Shown here: piece after piece, positions 1 to 10,552 of the stretch
Layout: every line of letters begins with the position of its first letter
Numbering within the stretch: position 1 is the stretch's first letter
Source of the DNA: an uncultured Bacilli bacterium
GTDB lineage: Bacteria > Bacillota_I > Bacilli_A > RF39 > UBA660
Assembly: GCA_934096315.1 (NCBI GenBank)
Contig: CAKOLT010000001.1
Span: 43,412 to 107,411, forward strand
Direction of reading: 5' to 3'
DNA length: 64,000 bases
Notes under the pieces: model-generated
Databases searched by the model: none
Told to the model about the DNA's origin: nothing
The model's input: the letters and a program-made list of their open reading frames with translations, nothing else
Program-made: the position numbers and the translations under genes

Positions 1-192
1 TCTTTTTTAGAAACATCTTGAATTTTTAATCTATTTTCTTCTAAATATTTAATATAACAAGTAGCATCATATACATAAGACAATATAGAATTTCTTAACA
101 TTGTTTTCTCTACTTGTAAATAAAGATAATATTTCTCTAGTATATCTTTATTTACTGAAATCTTAATTTTTTCAAACACATTATCTGGCATT
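1..192 (-). CDS. Tyrosine recombinase XerC/XerD-like, N-terminal part (gene runs off the window start)
   Basis: Minus-strand ORF with ATG at revcomp 190-192 preceded by SD GAGTAGGTGGGG. N-terminus MPDNVFEKIKISVNKDILEKYYLYLQVEKTMLRNSILSYVYDATCYIKYLEE fits the XerD/RipX core-binding domain pattern (YL.VE...S.NT..SY..D...Y..FL). Confidence 0.5.
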
Positions 193-294
193 AACCCCAC
201 CTACTCTTAAACATATTATAACAAAAATAACTAACTTTTTCCAGTATTATTGACAATTTTACAAAAATTAATTATTATTATTATGGTGATATAT

Positions 295-1500
295 ATGAAT
301 GAGCCATTAGCAGTTAAACTAAGACCAAACAAACTAGAAGATATCATAGGTCAAACCCATTTAATCGGAGACGGTAAAATACTATCAAACTTAGTTAATA
401 ATAAAAAAATATTTTCAATGATTTTATATGGAAACCCTGGAATTGGTAAAACTACCATTGCACTAGCAATAGCAAATGAATTAGGATTTAATTATAGATG
501 TCTTAATGCTGTTATTAACAATAAAAAAGAATTTGACATAGTAGTAGAAGAAGCAAAAATGTACAATGGACTAATCCTAATTATGGATGAAATACATAGA
601 CTAAATAAAGATAAACAAGATTTACTTCTTCCTCTTTTAGAAAGCGGTTTAATAACATTAATTGGTATGACAACCTCTAATCCCTATCATAGTATAAATC
701 CCGCTATCAGAAGTAGATGCAGATTATTAAAATTAGAAGAATTAACTATTGAAAATATTGAAGATGGTATTAAAAGAGCTACAGAAAGCAAATATTTGAA
801 AGATATCAAAATAAATGATGAAACGATTAAATACATTGCCTCAATATCATCAGGAGACCTAAGATATGCATATAACCTTCTAGAAACAGCATACTATTCC
901 GTCAAAGATAAAAAAATAGATATTGAATTAATAAAAGAAATAGATAGTACACCAAATATATATCATGACAAAGATGGTGATAATTATTATGATTTATTAA
1001 GTGCCCTGCAAAAGTCCATAAGAGGAAGTGACGTAAATGCTTCTATATATTATTTAGCAAGACTAATTGAAGGAGGAGAACTAGAATCTATATGCCGAAG
1101 ATTATCTGTAATTGTATATGAAGATATAGGGCTAGCAAACCCAAGTATGGGGCCTAAAGTAATGAGTGCTATAGCAGCCTCAGAAAGATTAGGATTTCCT
1201 GAAGCAAGAATACCGTTATCAGCAGTAGTCATAGAAATGGCATTATCCCCTAAAAGTAATTCTGCTGAAGCTGCAATGGATATGGCATTAAACACAATAA
1301 GAAATGGTGGCAGTTATCCCGTTCCATCACATATAAAAACTAATAGCCCTAAATACAAATATCCCCATAATTATAAAAACAGTTATGTAAAACAAGATTA
1401 TTTACCCCAAAAATTACTAGGAAGTAAATTTTATATACCAAGAGAAAATCTAAATGAAAAAAAGCTAAAAGCTATAATGGATAATATAGAAAAATACTAG
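295..1500 (+). CDS. rarA: Replication-associated recombination protein A (RarA/MgsA), AAA+ ATPase
   Basis: Walker A GNPGIGKTT, LRP..L.D..GQ.HL N-terminus, Walker B IMDEIHR, conserved C-terminal MgsA domain. Likely start is ATG 295 (MNEPLAVKLRP), downstream of TTGACA-17-TATTAT at 251-285. Confidence 0.85.
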   Translation: MNEPLAVKLRPNKLEDIIGQTHLIGDGKILSNLVNNKKIFSMILYGNPGIGKTTIALAIANELGFNYRCLNAVINNKKEFDIVVEEAKMYNGLILIMDEIHRLNKDKQDLLLPLLESGLITLIGMTTSNPYHSINPAIRSRCRLLKLEELTIENIEDGIKRATESKYLKDIKINDETIKYIASISSGDLRYAYNLLETAYYSVKDKKIDIELIKEIDSTPNIYHDKDGDNYYDLLSALQKSIRGSDVNASIYYLARLIEGGELESICRRLSVIVYEDIGLANPSMGPKVMSAIAASERLGFPEARIPLSAVVIEMALSPKSNSAEAAMDMALNTIRNGGSYPVPSHIKTNSPKYKYPHNYKNSYVKQDYLPQKLLGSKFYIPRENLNEKKLKAIMDNIEKY

Positions 1501-2174
1501 AAATCTTCTAGTATTTTTCTAATTATATAGCTTGCACAAATATTACCCGCAACAACAGGCATATAACTTATAGAACTTATATTCCCAGAAACTTTTTTTG
1601 CAGGCTCATCACTACAAAGTACCATTACTTTTTCCTTAATATTACTATCTTTAACATATTTCCTAATTATTTTAGCAATAGGATCATAACTAGTATCCCT
1701 AATATCACAAATCTTAAACTTTAAAGGATCTAATTTATTACCAGTACCCATACATGATATAAATGGTATAGATCTTTTTAGACATTCACGTATTATACAT
1801 TTCTTTGTATTAATACTATCACAAGCATCAATTAAATAATCAAAAGAAATAGAAAAAAGCTCATCAATATTATTTTCATCCAAAAAAATATTTAATTTTA
1901 CAACATTACAATTACTAATACTCTTAATTCTCATCTCTTCTTCATCCGTCTTCTTATTTCCAATGTTCTCCTTAGTAGTTAATATTTGCCTGTTTAAATT
2001 AGAAATATCAATTATATCAAAATCAACTATTACAACATTTCCAATTCCTCCCCTTACTAAAGCCTCAGTGCAAGATGATCCAACTCCTCCTAACCCAATT
2101 ACAGCAACAGTTTTTGAAGATAACTTATCATAATTACTCATTCCTATTAATTTAATTAACCTGTCATACATCAT
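1497..2174 (-). CDS. ThiF/MoeB-family E1-like protein (tRNA threonylcarbamoyladenosine dehydratase TcdA-like)
   Basis: Nucleotide-binding VAVIGLGGVGS motif with ThiF-family architecture and size (~225 aa). Confidence 0.55.
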   Translation of the reverse strand: MMYDRLIKLIGMSNYDKLSSKTVAVIGLGGVGSSCTEALVRGGIGNVVIVDFDIIDISNLNRQILTTKENIGNKKTDEEEMRIKSISNCNVVKLNIFLDENNIDELFSISFDYLIDACDSINTKKCIIRECLKRSIPFISCMGTGNKLDPLKFKICDIRDTSYDPIAKIIRKYVKDSNIKEKVMVLCSDEPAKKVSGNISSISYMPVVAGNICASYIIRKILEDF

Positions 2175-2204
2175 TATTCCTTCTTTCCTATATAATACTT
2201 AAAA

Positions 2205-2240
2205 TTATAAAAAACTAGTAGCATAATCTTCTACTAGTAT
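2205..2240 (-). terminator. Rho-independent terminator between ttcA and the ThiF-like gene
   Basis: Minus-strand ACTAGTAGaagattatgCTACTAGT stem followed by TTTTTT. Confidence 0.5.
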
Positions 2241-2547
2241 TAATCATAGTTACCAGAGAAACGACTCTTTGATATAAAACCCGCGCGTAAATCACACAGG
2301 TGGGTAATCACATTACTTTAATTAGGATCCTTATTATGAATAAGTTTTCAACACATAAAATAAATTAGATTCCCTATATATATCTTTAGTCGGTTTTAAA
2401 TGAAGATATCGTAATCTCTAGTAACTTAATTATATCACCAATTAATTATCAATAAACATAATTAACCACAAAGTAACAATATTACTCTATAATTACCAAA
2501 AATGTATATACGATTGACAATAATTTAAAATCCCTCTTAATTATAAA

Positions 2548-3309
2548 TTACTCTTTCTCTCTTGTAGTATTTTTATTAACATTAAACATTGAATTAAAAA
2601 TATTAATATCTGCATTACCATACATATCAACCAGTTTTTCCACAAGTTTTTTTACTTCAAGACGTTTACCACTTTTCTTTTTAGTAACACTACAAGCACA
2701 ATCCAAAAATTCAATTTCTGCATGTTTAGCAAAAGAAATAATATCCTTTTCTTTTACATAGAAAAGTGGTCTAATTAGTTGCATGTTCTCAAAATTATCA
2801 CTATCTAAAATAGGAAGCATACCAGAAAAAGTTCCATTATAAATTTGGTTAAGAAGAATCGTCTCTATTACATCATTAAAATGATGACCTAAAGCAATTT
2901 TATTACAACCAAGTTTTTTACCCATATTATATAAAGCTCCCCTTCTCATTCTTGCACATAAATAACAAGGATTGCTGTTACCTTTAACAATTTCAAAGAT
3001 ATTAGAACTAAAAATGTTTATTGGTATATTTAAATGTTCTGCAATCATCTTAATATTCTCTAATTTATCTGGAGCATATCCAGGATCCATCACAATAAAT
3101 TTAACATCAAAATTAAACTTATTATGTCTCTTTAATTCCTGCATACACTTTGCTAAAAGAAAACTATCTTTACCACCACTAATACAAACCCCAATAACAT
3201 CATTTTCTTTAATAAGATCAAAATCTTTAACAGCTCTTATAAATTTTGAATAAATCTCCTTCCTATATTTTTTAATTATTGATCTTTCAATCTCTACTAA
3301 ATTTTTCAT
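2548..3309 (-). CDS. ttcA: tRNA 2-thiocytidine biosynthesis protein TtcA (PP-loop ATPase)
   Basis: PP-loop SGGKDS motif, ~250 aa, conserved Cys residues typical of the TtcA family. Confidence 0.7.
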   Translation of the reverse strand: MKNLVEIERSIIKKYRKEIYSKFIRAVKDFDLIKENDVIGVCISGGKDSFLLAKCMQELKRHNKFNFDVKFIVMDPGYAPDKLENIKMIAEHLNIPINIFSSNIFEIVKGNSNPCYLCARMRRGALYNMGKKLGCNKIALGHHFNDVIETILLNQIYNGTFSGMLPILDSDNFENMQLIRPLFYVKEKDIISFAKHAEIEFLDCACSVTKKKSGKRLEVKKLVEKLVDMYGNADINIFNSMFNVNKNTTREKE

Positions 3310-5684
3310 TAACTACTCCTCAAGCTAGCACCAATATTCTTCTCTACATCATCAATAATTTTATTAAATACTTCCATTACCTCTTTCTCTGTCAAAGTCC
3401 TATCTGGATTATTAAATGTAAGCGAATAAGCAATAGATTTATTCAATGGACCAATATTATCACCACGATATATATCAAATACCGTAATATCAGTTAATAA
3501 TCTACCTCCACTTTTACGAATAACACTTTCAATTTCTCCACTAGTAACATTTTCATTAACTACAAAGGAAACATCTTTAACAATATTTGGATATTTACTT
3601 GGAGCCTTATATTTAATATTTTTTACATTCTGTATTAATGAGTTTAAAGAAAATTCACAAACATAAATTTCATCTTTATTTATAAGAGGATGCAGTCTTC
3701 CAATGACCCCAATAAATTTTTTATCTAAATATATTTTGCATGAAATGTAAGGGTGTAGTCCTTTAATATCATTAACCGCTTCATAGGAGTATCTATTCCT
3801 AAATCCCATATAATTCATAACACTTTCAAAAATACCCTTAAGTAAATAAAAATCACAAGATATATTTTGACAAAGAGCACTATTCTTCATATAATTACCC
3901 TTAATTAACATTGAAACTTTCATATCCTCATTAAAACTACTATCATAAGTTTTACTAATTTCATATATACAAACATCGTTAACTCCCCTTGCTTTATTAT
4001 AGTCATAGACATTTAAAAGTGAAGAAATTAAAGAACTCCGAATAATAGATTTATCATTACTCATAGGATTCGGTAATAAAATATTTTGTACATTAAAATA
4101 ATTAAACTCTTCCGCCATTTTAGGAGACACTAACGTATAAGTTCTTACCTCATTAAGACCAAGACTTTTCAATCTTGAAGAAACCTTTTTTTGATACCAC
4201 ACATCATCAAGATATACACCCTTTTTAGTATCTACCCTTGGTAATGTAGATTTTAAATTATCATAACCATAAAGTCTACCAATTTCCTCTGCTATATCAT
4301 TAATATTCGCTTCAATATCAAGCCTCCTATTTGGAATAGTAACTGTAAAACTATTACCCTCTAGCTTATATGGAAAACCTAATCTATTTATCTCATATTC
4401 CATATCACATGTATCAATAACAATTCCTAAAAGTTTATTTACTTCATCAGTTGTAAAATTAACAATTTTCTCTTCTTTATTTACATTATCATATATAACT
4501 GTTCCCTCTAAAACTGTAGCAGACGCATATTTTTCAAGAAGTTGACAACATCTTTCAATAGCCATCTCTGTATACTCATAATTAAGTCCCTTTCCATATC
4601 TAATAGATGCTTCACTCTTTAAATTAAGTCTACTTGCTGTACTTCTTATATTAAAAGGATCAAATATTGCACTCTCAATAAAAATACATTTAGTATCATC
4701 TGTAATTGAAGTATCAAGTCCTCCCATAACCCCTGCTATACAAACACTCTTACTACCATCTGTAATGACAATATCATTAACGTTTAAAATTCTATTCTGT
4801 CCATCTAATGTAACAATTTCCTCATTATCATAAGCCTCTCTAACACAAATATTATCTCCAAGTTTATCCTTGTCAAAAAAATGTAAAGGCTGTCCAAACT
4901 CAAGCATAACATAATTAGAAATGTCAACAACATTATTAATAGATCTTATCCCCACACTTGTAAGTCTATTCTTAATAAAATCAGGAGACTCACCAATTTT
5001 AACATTTTTAACCATTTTGCCAAGATAATATGAACATTTATCAGTTTCTACACGTATATTCATGTAGTTTTTAACATTATCACTAATTGGATGTGTATCA
5101 ATAACAGGCATATTTACTTTCTTATTAATAATAGCCCCCACTTCATAAGCAAACCCAATATGATAATAACAATCATTATTTCTATGTTTATGGACATCTA
5201 ACTCATATAAAACATTTAAAACATTCATATAAACAAGTGGATTAACCCCTAAAGGAGCATTATCATCTAGTATATATATACCTTTCTCATGATTAGCAGG
5301 AGTATCTTCTTCTAATCCTATTTCTGATAAAGCACATATCATTCCTTGTGATTCAATTCCCCTAATCTTAGACTTCTTAATAGTTATATCCCCAGGTAAT
5401 GTACATCCAACCAAAGCTACAATTACCTTTATTCCCTCTACCACATTAGGAGCACCGCACACAATTTGTAATTTTTCACTACCATTATCTACAGTGCATA
5501 CATGTAAATGATCAGAATCAGGATGTTTACTACAGCTAATTACCTTCCCTATAACAAGATTTTCAATATTATTTGAGATAACTTTTTCAACATTAACTCC
5601 CGCTTCAGTTATCTTTTCTGCAAGTACTTTAGGGTCAATATCTTTAATATCTATATAATCATTTAACCATTCTAAATTAATCAT
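3309..5684 (-). CDS. pheT: Phenylalanine--tRNA ligase beta subunit
   Basis: 791 aa with tRNA-binding, B3/B4, B5 and FDX-ACB domain pattern. Lies immediately downstream of pheS. Confidence 0.9.
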   Translation of the reverse strand: MINLEWLNDYIDIKDIDPKVLAEKITEAGVNVEKVISNNIENLVIGKVISCSKHPDSDHLHVCTVDNGSEKLQIVCGAPNVVEGIKVIVALVGCTLPGDITIKKSKIRGIESQGMICALSEIGLEEDTPANHEKGIYILDDNAPLGVNPLVYMNVLNVLYELDVHKHRNNDCYYHIGFAYEVGAIINKKVNMPVIDTHPISDNVKNYMNIRVETDKCSYYLGKMVKNVKIGESPDFIKNRLTSVGIRSINNVVDISNYVMLEFGQPLHFFDKDKLGDNICVREAYDNEEIVTLDGQNRILNVNDIVITDGSKSVCIAGVMGGLDTSITDDTKCIFIESAIFDPFNIRSTASRLNLKSEASIRYGKGLNYEYTEMAIERCCQLLEKYASATVLEGTVIYDNVNKEEKIVNFTTDEVNKLLGIVIDTCDMEYEINRLGFPYKLEGNSFTVTIPNRRLDIEANINDIAEEIGRLYGYDNLKSTLPRVDTKKGVYLDDVWYQKKVSSRLKSLGLNEVRTYTLVSPKMAEEFNYFNVQNILLPNPMSNDKSIIRSSLISSLLNVYDYNKARGVNDVCIYEISKTYDSSFNEDMKVSMLIKGNYMKNSALCQNISCDFYLLKGIFESVMNYMGFRNRYSYEAVNDIKGLHPYISCKIYLDKKFIGVIGRLHPLINKDEIYVCEFSLNSLIQNVKNIKYKAPSKYPNIVKDVSFVVNENVTSGEIESVIRKSGGRLLTDITVFDIYRGDNIGPLNKSIAYSLTFNNPDRTLTEKEVMEVFNKIIDDVEKNIGASLRSS

Positions 5685-6726
5685 TTATATCCCTTCCTTC
5701 TATTCTATCAAATGTTTCATTCACTCTTAAGTCAGCATTATAAAACACTCTAATATCATTAATCCCATATTTAAGCATAGCAAGTCTTTCTGCCCCAAAA
5801 CCAAAAGCAAAACCACTCCATATTTTAGGATCATACCCACAATTTTTAAGAACATTTGGATGTACAATACCAGCTCCTGCTACAGTTATATAACTAGTAT
5901 TTTTACATAAACTACATCCCCTACCATGACAATTAAAACAACTTATGTCAACCTCTACAGAAGGTTCTGTAAACTGATAATAACTAGGTCTAAATCTAAC
6001 ACTTACCTCACTACCAAACAATTTCTTCAAAATAACTTCAATAGTTCCCTTTAAATCTGACAAACTAATATCCTTATCCACTAGTAGACCCTCAATTTGT
6101 GTAAATTGATGAGAATGAGTTGCATCATCATCATCTCTTCTATAAGTTTTACCAGGACATATTATTCTAATAGGTTTCACGCCACTGCCCTTAAGCATTT
6201 CCCTAGCCTGAACAGGAGACGTTTGACTACGTAATAATAACTCATTATCTTTAATATAAAATGTATCCTGAGCATCTCTTGCTGGATGTCCCTTTGGAAT
6301 ATTTAAAAGTTCGAAATTAAATCTATCCTCTTCAATTTCTGGACCACTAGCTACATCATACCCCATACTCATACATATTTCTTCAACCTCTAAAGTTAAT
6401 TTTTCTAGAATATGAGAAGTTCCAATAGCAGGTGCTGTAGCAGGAAGGGTCATATCAATTTTTTCTCCTTCTAACTTTTTATTAATCTCTTCCTCTAAAA
6501 GAATTTTATACTTTTTATCATATGCACTATTAAATTCTTCCTTAACTTGATTTATCATCATTCCATATTCTTTTTTATTCTCACTAGAAATATTCTTCAT
6601 ATCACTATATGCTTTAGTAATATACCCATTCTTTCCCATAAATTCTTGTTTTATATCATTAAGAGCCTTCATATCAGAAATAGACTCTAGACTATTAATC
6701 TTTGTTCTTAATTCCTCTAAATTCAT
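5677..6726 (-). CDS. pheS: Phenylalanine--tRNA ligase alpha subunit
   Basis: Class II aaRS motifs (FRPSYYQFTEPS, GAGIVHPNVL). Likely start MNLEELRT after SD GGGAGGA (ATG at 6724-6726). Confidence 0.9.
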   Translation of the reverse strand: MNLEELRTKINSLESISDMKALNDIKQEFMGKNGYITKAYSDMKNISSENKKEYGMMINQVKEEFNSAYDKKYKILLEEEINKKLEGEKIDMTLPATAPAIGTSHILEKLTLEVEEICMSMGYDVASGPEIEEDRFNFELLNIPKGHPARDAQDTFYIKDNELLLRSQTSPVQAREMLKGSGVKPIRIICPGKTYRRDDDDATHSHQFTQIEGLLVDKDISLSDLKGTIEVILKKLFGSEVSVRFRPSYYQFTEPSVEVDISCFNCHGRGCSLCKNTSYITVAGAGIVHPNVLKNCGYDPKIWSGFAFGFGAERLAMLKYGINDIRVFYNADLRVNETFDRIEGRDIND

Positions 6727-6736
6727 TATATCCTCC

Positions 6737-7024
6737 CTATATATTTTCAAACATTATTATTATTTTATCTTTTGGTAATATTTTCTCATAGCTATCTATG
6801 TAGTCTCTAAATTCTTTATTACTAACTGTAAGTTCTTCCAATCTTTCAAATACTACATGATCAATATTACCAACACCATAATTTATCAAATACTCTATAT
6901 TATGGCATACATTAATTCTTGCATCCTCAAGTAATTTAAGTAAATACTCACTTTTATTATTAATTATATTATAATAAGTATTATTACTTATATATTTAAG
7001 TAAAAAATCTAATTTATCATTCAT
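6737..7024 (-). CDS. Small hypothetical protein (~95 aa) lying between the T-box leader and pheS
   Basis: ATG at 7022-7024 directly after GGAGGT SD and the leader terminator T-run. No recognisable family. Stop lies 10 nt before the pheS start. Confidence 0.4.
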   Translation of the reverse strand: MNDKLDFLLKYISNNTYYNIINNKSEYLLKLLEDARINVCHNIEYLINYGVGNIDHVVFERLEELTVSNKEFRDYIDSYEKILPKDKIIIMFENI

Positions 7025-7039
7025 AAATACCTCCATAAA

Positions 7040-7232
7040 AAAAGATGACACCAAAAAGGACGACATTGCCGCGGTACCACCTTTATTTATAACATATGTT
7101 ATACACTTATATCTTTAACGCGATTAGCGATAAAACTCCAAGAGTGAATTCATACTACATAACTATTAGCTTCCACCAAACACTAACTCTCTATAAATTA
7201 CTAATTAGTACTACTATTTTCTTATCAACATT
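7040..7232 (-). promoter_or_regulatory. T-box riboswitch leader (Phe) of the pheST operon
   Basis: Minus-strand AAAGGTGGTACCGCGG T-box consensus at ~7067-7082, then a terminator and T-run. Upstream AGAGAG box and a GAAUUCACU segment carrying the UUC Phe codon. Putative promoter TTGATA...TAATTA sits right after the frr stop. Confidence 0.6.
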
Positions 7233-7775
7233 TTATATAGTCATTAAATCTTTTTCTTTTTCTTTTAATTTACCATCAATTACTTTATTATATTTATTAA
7301 TTAATTCTTGCACTTCCTCATTACCCCTCTTTTCTTCATCTTCAGGTAATTTTAAATTGCTTAAATTTTTATTAGCATCTTGTCTAATATTTCTAAGATG
7401 GACTTTCCCCTCTTCACAAATGGTTTTAGCTTCTTTAACAAGTTCTTTTCTCCTGTCTTCAGTAAGCGGAGGTATTACAATAAATACACACTCACCATTA
7501 TTATTCGGAGTAACCCCTAAATTAGCCTCAAATATTGCTTTTTCAATAGATCCTAAAATAGATTTATCAAAAGGCTTAATCATTAACTGTCTAGCTTCTG
7601 GAATAGAAATATTAGCAAGTGATTTAACCGGAGTACTAACCCCATAATAATCTATCATCACCTTATCAAGCATACTAGGGTTAGCTCTACCTGCTCTAAT
7701 ATTATTTAATCTCTCTTCCATACTACGAACAGCATTAATCATTTTATCTTCTACATTCTTTATAATATCATTCAT
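7233..7775 (-). CDS. frr: Ribosome recycling factor
   Basis: 180 aa, typical RRF sequence (MNDIIKNVEDKM..AVR..EERLNNIRAGRANPSMLD). Confidence 0.9.
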   Translation of the reverse strand: MNDIIKNVEDKMINAVRSMEERLNNIRAGRANPSMLDKVMIDYYGVSTPVKSLANISIPEARQLMIKPFDKSILGSIEKAIFEANLGVTPNNNGECVFIVIPPLTEDRRKELVKEAKTICEEGKVHLRNIRQDANKNLSNLKLPEDEEKRGNEEVQELINKYNKVIDGKLKEKEKDLMTI

Positions 7776-7777
7776 AT

Positions 7778-8200
7778 TTATTCCTTTCCATTAGTATTTT
7801 TCTTATATATTTTACGTAAGGAAGTATCATTAACACCATTTACACTACACTTATACACCAGTGAAAGTGTTAAACAATTCATAATATCACGTCCATACTT
7901 TAAATATAAAGGATTTATTAACTCATCATTTGAATTCAAATAATAATCATAGTTTTTGACAAAATCATAATTTCCTTCAAATATTTTATTAATATCTCCG
8001 AAAAGTTCGACATATTCTTCCACTTTATCCAAAACTGCAAAAGTAGTATTGCGATTTAATCTTCTAGAATAAGAACTGCGAACTCTATCCATAACTTTTT
8101 TTAACATGTCAGCATTAACATTTGAAACTTTATAAAAACAAATATTTCCCCCTTCAATTCTGAATAGATCACTATCATTTGTTAATAACTGTCCAAACAC
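7778..8200 (-). CDS. Hypothetical protein (140 aa) occupying the position usually held by pyrH upstream of frr
   Basis: Unbroken ORF in operon position. No recognisable motif. Confidence 0.35.
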   Translation of the reverse strand: MFGQLLTNDSDLFRIEGGNICFYKVSNVNADMLKKVMDRVRSSYSRRLNRNTTFAVLDKVEEYVELFGDINKIFEGNYDFVKNYDYYLNSNDELINPLYLKYGRDIMNCLTLSLVYKCSVNGVNDTSLRKIYKKNTNGKE

Positions 8201-8268
8201 AACAATACCTCCTTCAAATATTACAGTATTATTATACCATATATTTTTAGGAAGTAAAGTATAAATAA

Positions 8269-9729
8269 TTATATTCTATATTTATTTTCTTGTTTATCAT
8301 TATAAGTATTATTTCTAATTTCCATCATCCTATTAAATAGATCCTCCGAACTACCCTTTAAAATATTATTTCTATTATTTGTAAAGTCTACAAATAAATC
8401 CTCTCTCTGAGAATCATTTACACTATTATATATTCTCAAATCTTCCTTATAATCTTTAAATGTAATTCTTTCAATTGGTTTTATTGCCTCATAATCATAA
8501 GTGTCAATTAACACCATAATATCTGCAAAAAGTTTAGCATACAAACTAGCCATATGTAAATCTTGATTTTGACCACTGGTGTAAAATCTATCTAGTAAAG
8601 ACAATCTCAAATCATTCTTCAGTCCACTTGAAGAAATTTTACTAATCTCCTTATCTAGTTCTGCAAAAATTAAATCTATCCTACTTATAACATTTTTACT
8701 ATTTTCTGGTTTAGCCTCCTCAAGAGGAAGATATACTTTAGATACTACCTCATTAATTAACTCTAATACCTTATCATTATCACTGTATTTATCCCGTAGA
8801 GACTGTATTTTTTCAGTAGCCTCATTTCTTTTATCTTGTATAATTTTATAATTATCTAAAATATACACAATTCTAGCTTTAAACTTATATATTTCTTCTT
8901 CAACTTCTTTTAAATCATGAGTTTTAATATATACACTATTACATCTTTCCTTTACATTATTTATCTCATTACTTAAATCTATTTTATCAAAAAACTCATT
9001 ATCCTTTAAAGAATCTAAAGTAATAGAAACCATGTCATTAATCTTATTATTGAATGCAGCCTCTGCTGTATTTTCCATTTTAATTAATTCATTTATCCTA
9101 TCACTAGCTAATTTACAAGCTTCACTTAAAGAAGTGATTTTATTTTTTTCAATATCCCCTGCTACATCAGAAACAAAAGTTTTAAAAGAATCTGTATACA
9201 AAAACTTATAATCATAACTTACTTCAAGACATGATGTATAAAGTTCGTTTATATACTGTATGCAGTTTTTTTTACAGTTTGTTAAAGCAATATCACAAAC
9301 ATTTTTACCATCTATAATACTACTACCATTAGCTTTTACGCTTCTAATTAAAAGTTTTAAATTAGCATTAATACGTTCAATATATTTTCTACCAATTCTC
9401 TCTAAATCACTTTTTGCAAAAACCTCTCCAAAATTAACATTAGTAATATAACTATTTCTTTCCATTAAATCACGAATATCCGCAATATCTTTTTCTATTG
9501 ACCCTCCATTAGTTTTAGACTGTTTTAAATCTTTAACTAAAGTATCATAAGCTTCATTTAGTTTCTTTGTCATAGACTCCATTACTTGAAGATCCAAACC
9601 AAGTTGATATACTAAATCAGGATGATACTGTTTTAATTTTTTACGGTAAATATGCTTTAAAAGATCTTCATCATAATTACCACTTAATCCTAACACTTCT
9701 TCCGCTTCTCTTCTCGTCATTTCCGCCAT
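8269..9729 (-). CDS. J-domain (DnaJ-like) protein with long coiled-coil region
   Basis: N-terminal LLKHIYRKKLKQYHPD contains the HPD motif of J-domains. The remaining ~400 aa are K/E/N-rich and predicted helical. Confidence 0.5.
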   Translation of the reverse strand: MAEMTRREAEEVLGLSGNYDEDLLKHIYRKKLKQYHPDLVYQLGLDLQVMESMTKKLNEAYDTLVKDLKQSKTNGGSIEKDIADIRDLMERNSYITNVNFGEVFAKSDLERIGRKYIERINANLKLLIRSVKANGSSIIDGKNVCDIALTNCKKNCIQYINELYTSCLEVSYDYKFLYTDSFKTFVSDVAGDIEKNKITSLSEACKLASDRINELIKMENTAEAAFNNKINDMVSITLDSLKDNEFFDKIDLSNEINNVKERCNSVYIKTHDLKEVEEEIYKFKARIVYILDNYKIIQDKRNEATEKIQSLRDKYSDNDKVLELINEVVSKVYLPLEEAKPENSKNVISRIDLIFAELDKEISKISSSGLKNDLRLSLLDRFYTSGQNQDLHMASLYAKLFADIMVLIDTYDYEAIKPIERITFKDYKEDLRIYNSVNDSQREDLFVDFTNNRNNILKGSSEDLFNRMMEIRNNTYNDKQENKYRI

Positions 9730-9785
9730 ATTCTTTTCCTCCTACTATAATATAAGTATATCATAAACATAATTAAAAAAAAAGA

Positions 9786-10307
9786 CTATTTTTCATTTTT
9801 AGTAGTCTTTTTTTCACTATTAGTACTTTTTGGAGCCTTCTTTTCAGTAGTTTTCTTTTCTTCAGTACTTTTCTTAACAGAAGTTTTTTTAGTATCTTCT
9901 TTTTTTGCTGTTTCTTTCTTTTCAAGAGATACCTTAGGTTCATATTTCTTACCCTCTAAACTATCTTTGGCAATCTTAACAAGTTCTGAAAAACCTTTAG
10001 GATTATCTATAGCAAGTTCACTTAGCATTTTTCTATTAACTAAAACACCAGCCTTATTTAAACCATTAATAAATTTAGAATAACTAATCTCATTTTCTCT
10101 ACATGCAGCATTAATTCTAGTTATCCATAATTTTCTAAAGTTTCTCTTATTTTGCTTTCTATCTCTAAAAGCATACTCACCTGAATGCATAAGTTGTTCG
10201 TGAGCAGTTTTATATAATCTATGTTTACTACCAAAATAACCTTTTGATTCTTTTAATACTTTTTTTCTTCTGGCACGTGCAACAGTACCACCTTTAACTC
10301 TTGTCAT
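9786..10307 (-). CDS. rplT: 50S ribosomal protein L20 with ~55-aa lysine/glutamate-rich C-terminal extension
   Basis: N-terminal 118 aa match L20 ([23 protein letters not shown]). C-terminal [17 protein letters not shown] tail is not found in canonical L20. Confidence 0.85.
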   Translation of the reverse strand: MTRVKGGTVARARRKKVLKESKGYFGSKHRLYKTAHEQLMHSGEYAFRDRKQNKRNFRKLWITRINAACRENEISYSKFINGLNKAGVLVNRKMLSELAIDNPKGFSELVKIAKDSLEGKKYEPKVSLEKKETAKKEDTKKTSVKKSTEEKKTTEKKAPKSTNSEKKTTKNEK

Positions 10308-10324
10308 ATTTCCTCCTTCTCTAA

Positions 10325-10537
10325 TTAGATAAGATCTTTAATTCTCTTATAATCTGATTTATCTAATGCTATACCATTTCTTTTTTGTCTATTAGTTTTA
10401 GTACTTCTTTTTCCTGTATTATGAAGTACCCCTTGCTTACATACAGTAATAGATCCACTTTGTCTTACATTAAGAACTTTTTTAATACCCTTATGAGTCT
10501 TCATTTTATTCTTCTTAACTTTTACTTTTTTTGCCAT
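10325..10537 (-). CDS. rpmI: 50S ribosomal protein L35
   Basis: MKTHKGIKK core of L35 with a short K-rich N-terminal extension. SD GAGGAGG upstream. Confidence 0.8.
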   Translation of the reverse strand: MAKKVKVKKNKMKTHKGIKKVLNVRQSGSITVCKQGVLHNTGKRSTKTNRQKRNGIALDKSDYKRIKDLI

Positions 10538-10552
10538 AACTTTTCCTCCTCA

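Noticed and set aside
1050-1295. Antisense ORFs inside real genes (1050-1295, 2972-3253, 3279-3497, 7096-7647, 9260-9451, 10385-10570, 12575-12910, 29367-29570, 42295-42522, 48249-48527, 55104-55517, 57100-57330, 59447-59635, 60951-61337, 62144-62383, 62503-62880)
   Set aside because: Each lies entirely within a well-supported gene on the opposite strand. They have low-complexity or hydrophobic translations typical of AT-rich antisense frames, and no SD.
2505-2547. TTGACA-17-TTAATT promoter-like match on the plus strand upstream of ttcA stop
   Set aside because: It would drive transcription antisense into ttcA. Such hexamers occur by chance at this AT content.
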